From a virus, in UHGV virus genome UHGV-0428632: 40,876 nt of DNA. One strand, 5' to 3'. Position numbers and translations under genes: made by a program. Under the pieces are notes generated by a model. That model did not search any database. It worked only from the letters and a program-made list of their open reading frames with translations, and was not told the DNA's origin. Below, piece after piece: positions 1 to 7,324 of the stretch. Position 1 is the stretch's first letter. The number at the start of each line of letters is the position of its first letter.

Positions 1-114
1 GCTCCGTTGTCGAGTGCGAATGACTGGCAGTATTCAGAGGCGAGATTTATTTGACCGGCGTGAGCGAATGAGATGAATGCGTGTCTTGCCTTCCATGCTT
101 TGATGGCGCATGTA

Positions 115-528
115 TCAGGCGTTATTGGTCCGCCATGATAGTGAATCATTGGCCCTCACCTCTCTCAATCTCTGGTTGATATGCGCCTCAAGTTCACCAT
201 CGGTTGTTTTGTCATGCTTAAGAAACCATCTGTCAGCTGAGAATTTCCCTCTTTTACGCTCGTGGATTAAATTTCCAATATCACGGATTGTTTCTGGAAC
301 GCCCTGCATAACAGCGGCAGGAATAAACATGAACACGATGATTAAGACCTTCATCCATGCAGAACAGAAATACTGAGCCTCGAATATCTGCGTTTCCGGG
401 TGAAAGTAATATTCAATCTTTGCCCCAAAACGCTGCTTTCGGTTAGGCAACATTTTGTTGTGTTTAATCCTGCTCACGGGAATTCTTACGAAGCCCTTCT
501 CACACAAATTTTCATATTGGTAAGTCAC
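115..528 (-). CDS. Hypothetical protein with one central hydrophobic (TM-like) segment, in the accessory slot between the helicase and the nin genes
   Basis: 137-aa ORF. ATGA start/stop overlap with the upstream gene at 525-528. Hydrophobic stretch AWMKVLIIVFMFIPAAVMQGV. No family recognised. Confidence 0.4.
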   Translation of the reverse strand: MTYQYENLCEKGFVRIPVSRIKHNKMLPNRKQRFGAKIEYYFHPETQIFEAQYFCSAWMKVLIIVFMFIPAAVMQGVPETIRDIGNLIHERKRGKFSADRWFLKHDKTTDGELEAHINQRLREVRANDSLSWRTNNA

Positions 529-974
529 GCTCTCACCTCTCTTAATGCCTTGTTGAATAAATCAGTTAACGGATTAGCGCAGCCAAAGTTAAACACCGGC
601 TTCTTGCTGTATACCCATGCGTTCTTGTGGCACCAGTCACGATGCAGCTCACCGTTTTCATGAAGGTGCTTAAGCATCTTCGTAACGAGGCGCTTGTCGA
701 TTCCGGTTGCGGTTGATATCTCAACGGCCATCCCTGTTTCGTGCTCATCCAGATAGCGCATGACGGCTTCCGTGCGCTCATGATGCAGCGAAGCTAACCG
801 GTAGTACTTCACGCTCTTACTGATGCGCTCAATCTCAATCTGACCGTCTGCGATGAGGTCACGCAGTAGCAGGTTGATATGTGATTTCTGGCATCCGAGG
901 AGTTTTGCGAATTGTGGTGCTGAGGTGGGAATGTTTGTTTCAAGGTGGTTGAGTATTTTGTCTCGTGTGTTCAT
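525..974 (-). CDS. Hypothetical DNA-binding protein (two winged-helix-like halves)
   Basis: 149-aa ORF in the PR operon downstream of the helicase. Two repeats of an HTH-like motif (…FAKLLGCQKSHINLLLRDLIADGQIE… and …VEISTATGIDKRLVTKMLKHLHENGEL…). Confidence 0.45.
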   Translation of the reverse strand: MNTRDKILNHLETNIPTSAPQFAKLLGCQKSHINLLLRDLIADGQIEIERISKSVKYYRLASLHHERTEAVMRYLDEHETGMAVEISTATGIDKRLVTKMLKHLHENGELHRDWCHKNAWVYSKKPVFNFGCANPLTDLFNKALREVRA

Positions 975-992
975 TGCTTCCCCCGCAATGTT

Positions 993-1259
993 TTAAAGTG
1001 TTATTCCTGCGTGATGGCTGGCCTCTTTGATAAAGCGGCGCAAGATGTCTCTATCAACCCACTGCTTTTCAGTAAGGTGGAAAATCCAACTGACAATCTG
1101 CTCACCTGTCTTGCATGAGCTCAAGGCGATTTCATAGTCTCCGTCGATGTAGTCTCCGGGAATATGGAAAACGATATGAGTGTCATCTACGGTAACGATG
1201 CGAGAGAGCTCTTCTTCTCTGCGAATGTATTCCTGTGCGTCAATTTTCTTTAATGTCAT
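993..1259 (-). CDS. Hypothetical protein (start taken at the internal MTLKK, overlapping the helicase stop)
   Basis: The ORF-track entry 993..1340 overlaps the helicase. The internal ATG at 1259 gives an 88-aa product abutting the helicase stop. Confidence 0.45.
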   Translation of the reverse strand: MTLKKIDAQEYIRREEELSRIVTVDDTHIVFHIPGDYIDGDYEIALSSCKTGEQIVSWIFHLTEKQWVDRDILRRFIKEASHHAGITL

Positions 1260-2626
1260 ACCGGTGCTCCTTTTGCGTACCTTCTGCCTTGCGCTGGCTT
1301 GCTGTCTGTAGAAGCTTTGCGCGCCTCTTCCTGGTCGCAATCATGAAAATGTCCGTTAATGAATCGTTGGTATACTGTTCCAAGCGATCCAAACCTGTTT
1401 TTGGTAACGATTATTTCTGCAAACGGTGCTGCGGGGGAGTTCTCATCATACACCGCTTCACGGTAAAGCATGATGATGGAGTCAGCATCCTGCTCAATGC
1501 TTCCTGAGTCGCGGAGATCTGAGTTATTTGGACGCTTGTTAGGACGGTCCTCAACCTTTCTCGACAACTGGCTAAGAGAAATAACCGTTGTGCGAAGCTC
1601 TTTAGCCATTGCCTTGAGGCTTCCTGAGATATGAGCAATAGCAAGGTCATTTCGCTCTGATTTTGGCTTGTCAATTAGACCGAGGTAATCGACCATGATG
1701 AGAGATAGGTCTGGGTGCTCCTGTTTTTGACGCTCTGCAACACTGCGAATTTGTTCTACCGTGAGCTTAGAAGCATCTACCAGCCAAACGTCCAACTCTT
1801 TGAGCGTACATATTCCATTCGCGATACGCGCCCATCCTTCATCGTCCAACTTGGCTGGATTTCGAAGAACGTTTACTGACATATTCCCACTACCGGCAAT
1901 GCTCCTCTCCGCTATCTGCGTCTTACTCATCTCCATTGAGAAAATCAGCACGCCACGCTTTCGATTTGTACCTGGTATCTCTTTAGAAGCTACTCCCTCG
2001 GCTATCTTGAGAGAGATTTCCGTCTTTCCGCACCCGGGACGAGCTGCGATGATCACGAGGTCTTCTGGGTTCATTCCGCCAGTAATTGCATCGAGCTCAG
2101 CAATTCCAGTTTTAAGCGTGTCGGATTCCTCTCCATTGCGTAGTCGCTTGTCCAGAATGTCCGTGTACTCAGTGAGAACTTCCTTCAAATGGACAGGTTT
2201 AACTTCCCCTCTAGGTTTACGAATAAGTGATAACTTTGTCGTTAACTCGTCTATGGCTGCCGCCGATGTGTCACGCGTTCCGTTGCTGATAACACCTCGC
2301 ACATCGTCAATAAGCTTGAGTACCATTCGGCGCTCATGCATATCAGCTACCATTCCTGCATAACCCTTCAGGTTTGCTGTGCTAGGGCAGTTTTTGGCAG
2401 CCTCCATCACATCGGCAAAATGTTCATCACCGCACTCCTCTGCGACCATGAGGCCGTCGATCATGTTTCTTGTGCGAGCATGTTTGCGGATGACAGAGAA
2501 GACTTTCTGATACAGCGGAATGGCAAAAGATTCTGGCTCAAGCATTTCCAGCACATCGTTTGCAGATGGCGTTAACCCTCCCAGGAGTAATCCGCCGATA
2601 ACGCTGGCCTCGATATCCTGTCTCAT
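1256..2626 (-). CDS. Replicative DNA helicase, DnaB family (P22 gene 12 / lambda P functional equivalent)
   Basis: 456 aa. DnaB N-terminal domain, Walker A motif [13 protein letters not shown], and RecA-like C-terminal motifs. Sits downstream of the O-like initiator. Confidence 0.9.
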   Translation of the reverse strand: MRQDIEASVIGGLLLGGLTPSANDVLEMLEPESFAIPLYQKVFSVIRKHARTRNMIDGLMVAEECGDEHFADVMEAAKNCPSTANLKGYAGMVADMHERRMVLKLIDDVRGVISNGTRDTSAAAIDELTTKLSLIRKPRGEVKPVHLKEVLTEYTDILDKRLRNGEESDTLKTGIAELDAITGGMNPEDLVIIAARPGCGKTEISLKIAEGVASKEIPGTNRKRGVLIFSMEMSKTQIAERSIAGSGNMSVNVLRNPAKLDDEGWARIANGICTLKELDVWLVDASKLTVEQIRSVAERQKQEHPDLSLIMVDYLGLIDKPKSERNDLAIAHISGSLKAMAKELRTTVISLSQLSRKVEDRPNKRPNNSDLRDSGSIEQDADSIIMLYREAVYDENSPAAPFAEIIVTKNRFGSLGTVYQRFINGHFHDCDQEEARKASTDSKPAQGRRYAKGAPV

Positions 2627-3429
2627 AGTGTTCCCTCACGAATTGCGGTTAATACTTTCGGTTGCAGCAGGTAATCAAACGTCGCCACCCAGCCACGGTA
2701 GTTATCGCCGAAATGGAATGGCCTTGCAGCGGACATGAACGCTTTCACGTATGCCCGGTAGCCGTCGATGTTTTTGGTAGCGAGAGAGTTAATCAGCTTC
2801 TTGAGTTTTCGCTGACGCTCTGCGTTGGCCTCTACAGCGTGAGGTAATCTGTCACCCACGATTTCGTTGTAGGCTTCGAGATACTCGTTGTAGTTGATGC
2901 GAACGGCCTTTCGCTTTTCAGGTTTAGAAACCTCATCGCATCCCCCTTTAGGGGGTAAGGGGGTATTTGTATTTATTGTCTTTTGAATATTGTCTTTTGT
3001 GTTTAGCTGAGTTGGCTTATACCCATTAGCTGACTTGGCTAATGTTTTATTAGCCGCCTTAGCTAAAGTTAAGCTGTCTTGGCTAATCCACTCTGAGACC
3101 ACCTTGTTAACGCCAATTCTCACGCCGTCTGCAATGAGAAACTTGCGTTCAATCAGCTGACGTTTAGCGGCGCAGATATGCGTGTGATGAATACCGGTCA
3201 TTGCTGCTATCTGCGTGTTTGTGAGCCTGTCCATTGGCTTATTGAATCCGTATGTCTTGCGCATGATAGCGAGCATTACCTTCAACTGCCGGGCGGTTAA
3301 ATCAGCCATCAGTAAGCTGTCTGTAAGCTCGTTAGCAACGCGCATGAAGCCATCTTCGGTATCTGCCACGCGATGCTCCACAACCTCAAGGTGAGGCTTT
3401 ATAGGTGTTACGGTTGCGAGATTACTCAT
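2623..3429 (-). CDS. O: Replication initiation protein, lambda O-like (P22 gene 18-like)
   Basis: 268 aa. O-type N-terminal region (…[36 protein letters not shown]…). Iteron array lies inside the gene. Position is cII -> O -> helicase. Confidence 0.85.
   Translation of the reverse strand: MSNLATVTPIKPHLEVVEHRVADTEDGFMRVANELTDSLLMADLTARQLKVMLAIMRKTYGFNKPMDRLTNTQIAAMTGIHHTHICAAKRQLIERKFLIADGVRIGVNKVVSEWISQDSLTLAKAANKTLAKSANGYKPTQLNTKDNIQKTINTNTPLPPKGGCDEVSKPEKRKAVRINYNEYLEAYNEIVGDRLPHAVEANAERQRKLKKLINSLATKNIDGYRAYVKAFMSAARPFHFGDNYRGWVATFDYLLQPKVLTAIREGTL
2941..3092. repeat. Putative ori. Four ~20-bp iterons (AGCTGAnTTGGCTAA-like, about 3003-3090), an adjacent AT-rich tract (2965-3003) and a CCCCCTTTAGGGGG palindrome (2942-2955), all inside the O-like gene
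   Basis: Direct repeats: ttagctgagttggcttatacc / cattagctgacttggctaatg / ttattagccgccttagctaaag / ttaagctgtcttggctaatcc. Layout matches lambda ori inside O. Confidence 0.7.
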
Positions 3430-3568
3430 GACCTTTCTCCTTCTGCATCAGCTTCACTTTCTCCAACTCAGCCCGAAATCGACCAGGCTGCTTGAAGCTG
3501 GACAGGAAGCGATCACGTAGTATGTTTTTGTGCATTTTGTCCTGGTAAGGACTGAGTGGTTTTGCCAT
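3422..3568 (-). CDS. Small basic ORF (48 aa) between cII and O
   Basis: Strong RBS AGGAGtaattATG on the minus strand. Tail of the longer out-of-frame ORF 3422..3781. Could be spurious. Confidence 0.3.
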   Translation of the reverse strand: MAKPLSPYQDKMHKNILRDRFLSSFKQPGRFRAELEKVKLMQKEKGHE

Positions 3569-3602
3569 AATTACTCCTGTTACTTGGCGTAACACAGTGT
3601 GC

Positions 3603-3881
3603 TTAAGCGTCCAGACTGCTACCAACAGCTGGACGTTTTTCTTTTGTGAGAATCGACGCAACTTGCTGAGCAAGTCTCGCCATCTCATCATCAACAACTC
3701 CCCATTCAAGCACTGCCAGAAGCATTGAGAACTTGGGAATCCAGTCTCGCTTCCACCGGCTAATCTGCGCTTTATCGACACCTACAGCTGCTGCTGTTTT
3801 CTCTGTGCCAATCAGGGCGATCTTATTGAGCAAGGCGCTTTCAATGCGCATTGCCTCGTTGCGTTTGTTTGCGTGTTCCAT
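3603..3881 (-). CDS. cII: Transcriptional activator CII
   Basis: 92 aa, near-colinear with lambda CII (…[58 protein letters not shown]…). Confidence 0.9.
   Translation of the reverse strand: MEHANKRNEAMRIESALLNKIALIGTEKTAAAVGVDKAQISRWKRDWIPKFSMLLAVLEWGVVDDEMARLAQQVASILTKEKRPAVGSSLDA
3607..3646 (+). terminator. Plus-strand intrinsic terminator overlapping the 3' end of cII (oop-RNA-like antisense terminator)
   Basis: CGTCCAG-14nt-CTGGACG followed by TTTTTCTTTTGT on the plus strand, i.e. antisense to the cII stop region. A possible -10 CATAAT lies at about 3566-3571. Confidence 0.5.
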
Positions 3882-3913
3882 GTGTGAATATATTCCTTAG
3901 TTAATAAGTAAAT

Positions 3914-3974
3914 ACGCATCTGTTGATGCGTTGGTTTCCCTGGTATTCCGAGGGAGGCTGATTATTAAAGAGCG
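3914..3974 (-). promoter_or_regulatory. nutR-like region plus tR1-like hairpin between cro and cII
   Basis: On the minus strand: boxA CGCTCTTTAATAA (plus 3961-3974), then hairpin CCCUcgGAAUACcAGGG (plus 3937-3955), then hairpin ACGCAUC-AACA-GAUGCGU followed by a U-rich tract (plus 3914-3931). Confidence 0.4.
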
Positions 3975-3981
3975 GTACTGC

Positions 3982-4197
3982 TTATGCTGCTTTTTTGCGT
4001 GGTGGGAAAAGAGAATCCAAGTTCGTCTTTCCACCAAGCTTATTCAGTGCCTTAACCAGGCTTCGGCATGACTCTAAATCTGGAGCCCGGATACCGGCCT
4101 CATAGTTGGCTAAGCGAGACTGATTCCAGCCACACGCGCAAGCCAGCGCAGATTGAGTGATGCCAAGTTTTTTCCGTTCATTGGCAATGTTGTTCAT
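3982..4197 (-). CDS. cro: Cro-like HTH repressor
   Basis: 71 aa from MNNIANERKKLGITQSALACACGWNQSRLANYE (XRE-type HTH). RBS AAGGAAAACC upstream. First gene of the PR operon, divergent from cI. Confidence 0.75.
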   Translation of the reverse strand: MNNIANERKKLGITQSALACACGWNQSRLANYEAGIRAPDLESCRSLVKALNKLGGKTNLDSLFPPRKKAA

Positions 4198-4301
4198 GGT
4201 TTTCCTTAAAAGCTGGGTCACTCAACAAACATTAAACACAATTTGTGATTATCAGTCAACACAAATCGTGTAAAGCCACACAACACGGAACGTGATATAA
4301 A
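4198..4301. promoter_or_regulatory. OR operator trio with divergent PR (minus) and PRM (plus) promoters
   Basis: Three ~14-bp near-palindromes: ACACAAtTTGTGAT (4236-4249), ACACAAATCGTGT (4258-4270), ACACGgaaCGTGAT (4279-4292). PR: TTGACT-17-TTTAAT on the minus strand. PRM -10 GATATAAA sits immediately before the cI ATG. Confidence 0.7.
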
Positions 4302-4943
4302 ATGCGCATGAAAAGAACAGAAACTATCGCCGCGCGAATAAAGAGATTGCGAGAGATAAAAGGCCTTTCTCAGAAGGCTTTAGCGGAGCTTTGCGGCTGG
4401 GCTTCACAATCTCGGATCGGAAATTATGAATCAGGCACCAGAAGCGTTAGTGTTGAAGACGCGGAAGTAATCGCAAAGGCATTAGGAGTTGCCACAGCTG
4501 AGCTGCTTTTTGGCGACGACTATCAGGGACAATACAAACCAGGGGTAAAGTTCCCGTTGATTAGCTGGGTTAGCGCAGGTGCCTGGTGCGAGGCCGTGGA
4601 ACCATATAACGCACAAACAGTCGATGAGTGGTATGAATCAGACTGCCACGTTGTTGGAGACGCATTTTGGCTAAGGGTTCAGGGTGATTCTATGACTGCG
4701 CCAACAGGCTTAAGCGTTCCAGAGGGCATGTTGGTTCTATTCGACACAGGAAAAGAGGCTGTAAATGGCAGCCTTGTAATAGCCAAACTTACCGATGCCA
4801 ACGAAGCTACATTCAAAAAATTGATAATCGATGGTGGAAACAAGTATCTCAAAGGCCTCAACCCCGCCTATCCGCTGATTCCTGTAGATGGTAATTGCAA
4901 AATCATTGGTGTAGCAGTACAGATGATGATGCGTTTCTCCTGA
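4302..4943 (+). CDS. cI: CI-type prophage repressor with C-terminal S24 (LexA-like) autocleavage domain
   Basis: 213 aa. N-terminal HTH (LSQKALAELCGWASQSRIGNYESG). C-terminal GDSM Ser motif and conserved Lys (FKKL). Divergent from cro. Confidence 0.9.
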   Translation: MRMKRTETIAARIKRLREIKGLSQKALAELCGWASQSRIGNYESGTRSVSVEDAEVIAKALGVATAELLFGDDYQGQYKPGVKFPLISWVSAGAWCEAVEPYNAQTVDEWYESDCHVVGDAFWLRVQGDSMTAPTGLSVPEGMLVLFDTGKEAVNGSLVIAKLTDANEATFKKLIIDGGNKYLKGLNPAYPLIPVDGNCKIIGVAVQMMMRFS

Positions 4944-4967
4944 TATAACATCGCGTTAAAGAATCCA

Positions 4968-4991
4968 AACCCGCTTCGGCGGGTTTTTTAT
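4968..4991 (+). terminator. Intrinsic terminator after cI
   Basis: CCCGC-ttcg-GCGGG followed by TTTTTTATT. Confidence 0.7.
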
Positions 4992-5035
4992 TGCCCGCAA
5001 AAAATAAATTCCCTTAGAAATCAATGCAAACACGG

Positions 5036-5104
5036 TTTGTGATAAATATAATCACATTTCGTGTTGACACCACAAACACAATCTGTGATTATCTAGCCAT
5101 CAGC
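5036..5104 (+). promoter_or_regulatory. OL operator trio and PL promoter
   Basis: ACACGGTTTGTGAT (5040-5053), ATCACATTTCGTGTT (5062-5076), ACACAATCTGTGAT (5087-5100), same consensus as OR. PL: TTGACA (5073-5078)-17-GATTAT (5096-5101). Confidence 0.65.
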
Positions 5105-5138
5105 AGGACGCTGAACACGAACAAGGAACTGAGTTCGG

Positions 5139-5190
5139 GCTCTTTAAAAATTCAATCCTGTGAATACACAGGCCGAAGTGAATGCTTCGG
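5139..5190 (+). promoter_or_regulatory. nutL-like site (boxA plus boxB hairpin plus second hairpin)
   Basis: boxA GCTCTTTAAAAA (5139-5150). Hairpin CCUGUG-AAUA-CACAGG (5157-5172) whose loop shares GAAUAC with the nutR candidate. Second hairpin CCGAAG-UGAAUG-CUUCGG (5173-5190). Confidence 0.45.
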
Positions 5191-5358
5191 GGTGTGGTGA
5201 AGGGTTCATGGACGGGAATATGTCGCACGTAAAGCGGCGAGGCCTGCGGAACTTATGCCGAATTGAAGTAGGCCGAAGCGGGTCGAAATGGGTCTCCCAC
5301 CTACCACACCACCAAAGCATTTATCTCGCATCAGCGGGTAACGAGAGAGGGTAAGGCG

Positions 5359-5589
5359 ATGGCAATAGATGCGACGTTAAAAGTTAAGCAAATTAACTCT
5401 ATTAACCCATACGGCGACGGATGGAATAGGTATATGGAAATCGATATCGGCAGTATCGAGTTAGTTGAATGTGTTAAGCCGGAAGAAATTATTTCTGAGT
5501 ACACGGCAGCATCACTTCTTGATGCAATGGATGAATCTGATGTGGTTCGATGGCTTGAAAACGAAGGTTACACAGTAACAAACGATTAA
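5359..5589 (+). CDS. Small acidic hypothetical protein (76 aa), first ORF of the PL operon
   Basis: RBS AGGGTAAGG. Strongly acidic composition. Preceded by a ~250-nt structured leader and followed by a terminator. Confidence 0.5.
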   Translation: MAIDATLKVKQINSINPYGDGWNRYMEIDIGSIELVECVKPEEIISEYTAASLLDAMDESDVVRWLENEGYTVTND

Positions 5590-5612
5590 CCCGCTCCGGC
5601 GGGTTTTTATCG
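5588..5612 (+). terminator. Intrinsic terminator, near-identical copy of the cI terminator
   Basis: CCCGC-tccg-GCGGG followed by TTTTTAT. A 28-bp imperfect direct repeat of 4966-4993. Confidence 0.6.
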
Positions 5613-5881
5613 GCCATGCACAGGGCGAAGTAAGTGCTTCGGGATTGGATGAACGCCTGCGCCAACAGGCTCAAGTACGGGAAATAGCTACCTGGGCAAC
5701 ACAGGCTGCCGTAGCGAAATCGAATAACCGTAAAGGTTAACGGCAAGACCCGTTTGATGCTGGTGAATTGACACCCTACCCCGATATCGGGATGTCGTGA
5801 AACTTAGGCTGGTTTGAGTCCAGTTAAGCAGGAGAAAGGCACCTGCCATCCAATCACCAAAGCATTCACTGAGGAATACCC

Positions 5882-6136
5882 ATGAACAGAAATCAACGCC
5901 GTATGGCTGCATACAACGCCATGAAAGCAACTCAGAAGTTAGAAGCTAAAGCCTACTGTAAAAAGATTGACCGTGCATTTTCACGGCTGTCTGAAGGCTG
6001 TAGTGAGCGTGTAACACGTGCCGTTTCGCATGCTGTTGTGCGTCAGAAGGAAGTTGAAGGTGGCGGAGTCTGCTTGCCAGATGTGGCGCTTTTTGCAGCT
6101 GGTCATCGTAAATCTAATAACGTAACTGCTCGCTGA
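5882..6136 (+). CDS. N: N-like transcription antitermination protein (lambda N / P22 gp24-like, by recollection)
   Basis: 84 aa. N-terminal Arg-containing motif MNRNQRRMAAYNAMKATQK (ARM-like). C-terminal …RQKEVEGGGVCLPDVALFAAGHRKSNNVTAR resembles N-family C-termini as I recall them. Second gene downstream of PL/nutL. Confidence 0.55.
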   Translation: MNRNQRRMAAYNAMKATQKLEAKAYCKKIDRAFSRLSEGCSERVTRAVSHAVVRQKEVEGGGVCLPDVALFAAGHRKSNNVTAR

Positions 6137-6166
6137 TTCTTTTGGCAGCAAGCCACAGAGGTGAAT

Positions 6167-6436
6167 ATGAAACATACGCCAGGCCCATGGTATTGGGACT
6201 CTGAAGGGTTGGGTAGCAAGGATGTATTGGTGTTCGGTAAAGGCTACCCGTTTGAAATGACCAGTGAAGCTAATAAGCGGCTGATAGCAGCAGCTCCTGA
6301 TTTGCTCGAAGCTCTGCAACTTGCTTTTGCTGATATGAGTGGAGGTATGAAATCTTGCGGACATAACGGCTACACATGCACGTGCTCGTATGAAAAGGCT
6401 AAAGCAGCCATCAGCAAGGCTCTGGGGGAGGAGTGA
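6167..6436 (+). CDS. Hypothetical protein
   Basis: RBS GAGGTG-5nt-ATG. 89 aa from MKHTPGPWYW. Confidence 0.5.
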   Translation: MKHTPGPWYWDSEGLGSKDVLVFGKGYPFEMTSEANKRLIAAAPDLLEALQLAFADMSGGMKSCGHNGYTCTCSYEKAKAAISKALGEE

Positions 6437-6438
6437 TG

Positions 6439-6561
6439 GAATTAAATAAAGAGCAAGCGGCAGAAGTTATCAAGCTTATCGAGCAAGCGTTTCTTGATGG
6501 GTTTGATGATGAGATTTTGGTTGAACTTCACGAAAAACTAACTGAGTTTGTTAGCGAATAA
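6439..6561 (+). CDS. Small hypothetical protein (40 aa), translationally coupled
   Basis: Overlap gagTGATGg with the upstream stop. RBS GGGGAGGAG. MELNKEQAAEVIKLIEQAFLDGFDDEILVELHEKLTEFVSE. Confidence 0.35.
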   Translation, partial: ELNKEQAAEVIKLIEQAFLDGFDDEILVELHEKLTEFVSE

Positions 6562-6670
6562 GCACCTAATGCGGATTCACCGATTCCGCATTGTGAGCCA
6601 ATCCGCGCTCGCATCATCTAAAGGAGACGATAGATGATGTTCTGATTAAATACCCCTTGTTGTCATCTTG

Positions 6671-6700
6671 GCCTCTTGGTGAGGCCATTTTTTTTACTGT
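6671..6700 (+). terminator. tL-like intrinsic terminator
   Basis: GGCCTC-ttggt-GAGGCC followed by ATTTTTTTT. Preceded by two strong hairpins (6572-6596 and 6626-6652). Confidence 0.7.
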
Positions 6701-6760
6701 ATATCAGTGCGCTCAACGAACGCAGCGCTATGCAATCACACACAACATAAGGAACTACCC

Positions 6761-6931
6761 ATGCAGACATTAAATCTCGCTGGGGCTATCCCGATGGGTA
6801 GCTTCGACGCAATCACGTCCATTCAACACTCACGCCGCAATATCCTGACTGGTGCAGACTTCAAGCAGCCTCGCGTTAAGAGCTTGCTGGAGCGTCTGGT
6901 TGAGTTTCTGAATCAGAAGGTGCAGCCGTGA
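6761..6931 (+). CDS. cIII: CIII-like protein (putative FtsH inhibitor)
   Basis: 56 aa from MQTLNLAG. RBS AAGGAA. The motif …SLLERLVEFLNQ… resembles the central cIII helix (lambda SLLERITRKLRDGWKRLIDILNQ). Its position after tL and before exo matches. Confidence 0.5.
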   Translation: MQTLNLAGAIPMGSFDAITSIQHSRRNILTGADFKQPRVKSLLERLVEFLNQKVQP

Positions 6932-7015
6932 CAGGTGCAGAGCAGAGATGGAGTGACGAGGAGTTATATCAGCTCCTTAAAGATGTATTTCCGGTTCCGC
7001 GTGAGGAGAATAACC

Positions 7016-7324
7016 ATGCGCCTGACGATGACAGACAAAGCAGAGATTAAGCAAATCATCGCGAGCTTTAGCGACGATGACAATGCAGCGATTGATAAGC
7101 AGGTTGAGATGCTGTGCGCGAATATGCGGCCGGTACTCAACATGCTGGAAGCGCATAAACCTGACGATTTCACGAAAGATGCGGTCGAGTGGCTTGGTGA
7201 AGAGGACTGCAACTATCAGGAATTCGCCGGAGAAGTTATGTGGGACATATTCAGGCCGCGCGTCGAAGTGGAGTATGCAATGTCCATCTTTATGCGCCGC
7301 CATGTATTCGAGGACGCAGCATGA
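7016..7324 (+). CDS. Hypothetical acidic protein upstream of the exonuclease
   Basis: RBS GAGGAG-7nt-ATG. 102 aa. ATGA overlap with exo. Confidence 0.5.
   Translation: MRLTMTDKAEIKQIIASFSDDDNAAIDKQVEMLCANMRPVLNMLEAHKPDDFTKDAVEWLGEEDCNYQEFAGEVMWDIFRPRVEVEYAMSIFMRRHVFEDAA

Noticed and set aside
1761-2363. 200-aa plus-strand ORF (and the similar plus-strand ORFs 17909..18310, 19619..19933, 20141..20392 and 32756..33082)
   Set aside because: They lie antisense inside well-supported minus-strand genes (helicase, tailspike, gp16, orf201-like). They have low-complexity Ser/Ala/Pro-rich translations typical of shadow frames.
3422-3781. 119-aa minus ORF overlapping cII
   Set aside because: Its upstream two-thirds overlap the well-supported cII frame. 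Only the distal 48 codons (3422..3568), behind an AGGAG RBS, are kept as a low-confidence small ORF.
5160-5354. 64-aa ORF in the PL leader
   Set aside because: It spans the nutL hairpins and the structured leader, has no RBS, and has an odd composition. The region is more likely RNA structure than coding sequence.
6700-6725. LexA-box-like sequence TACTGTATATCAGTG after the tL terminator
   Set aside because: Only the CTGT half-site is present. The distal half reads CAGT, not ACAG, so it is not a credible SOS box.
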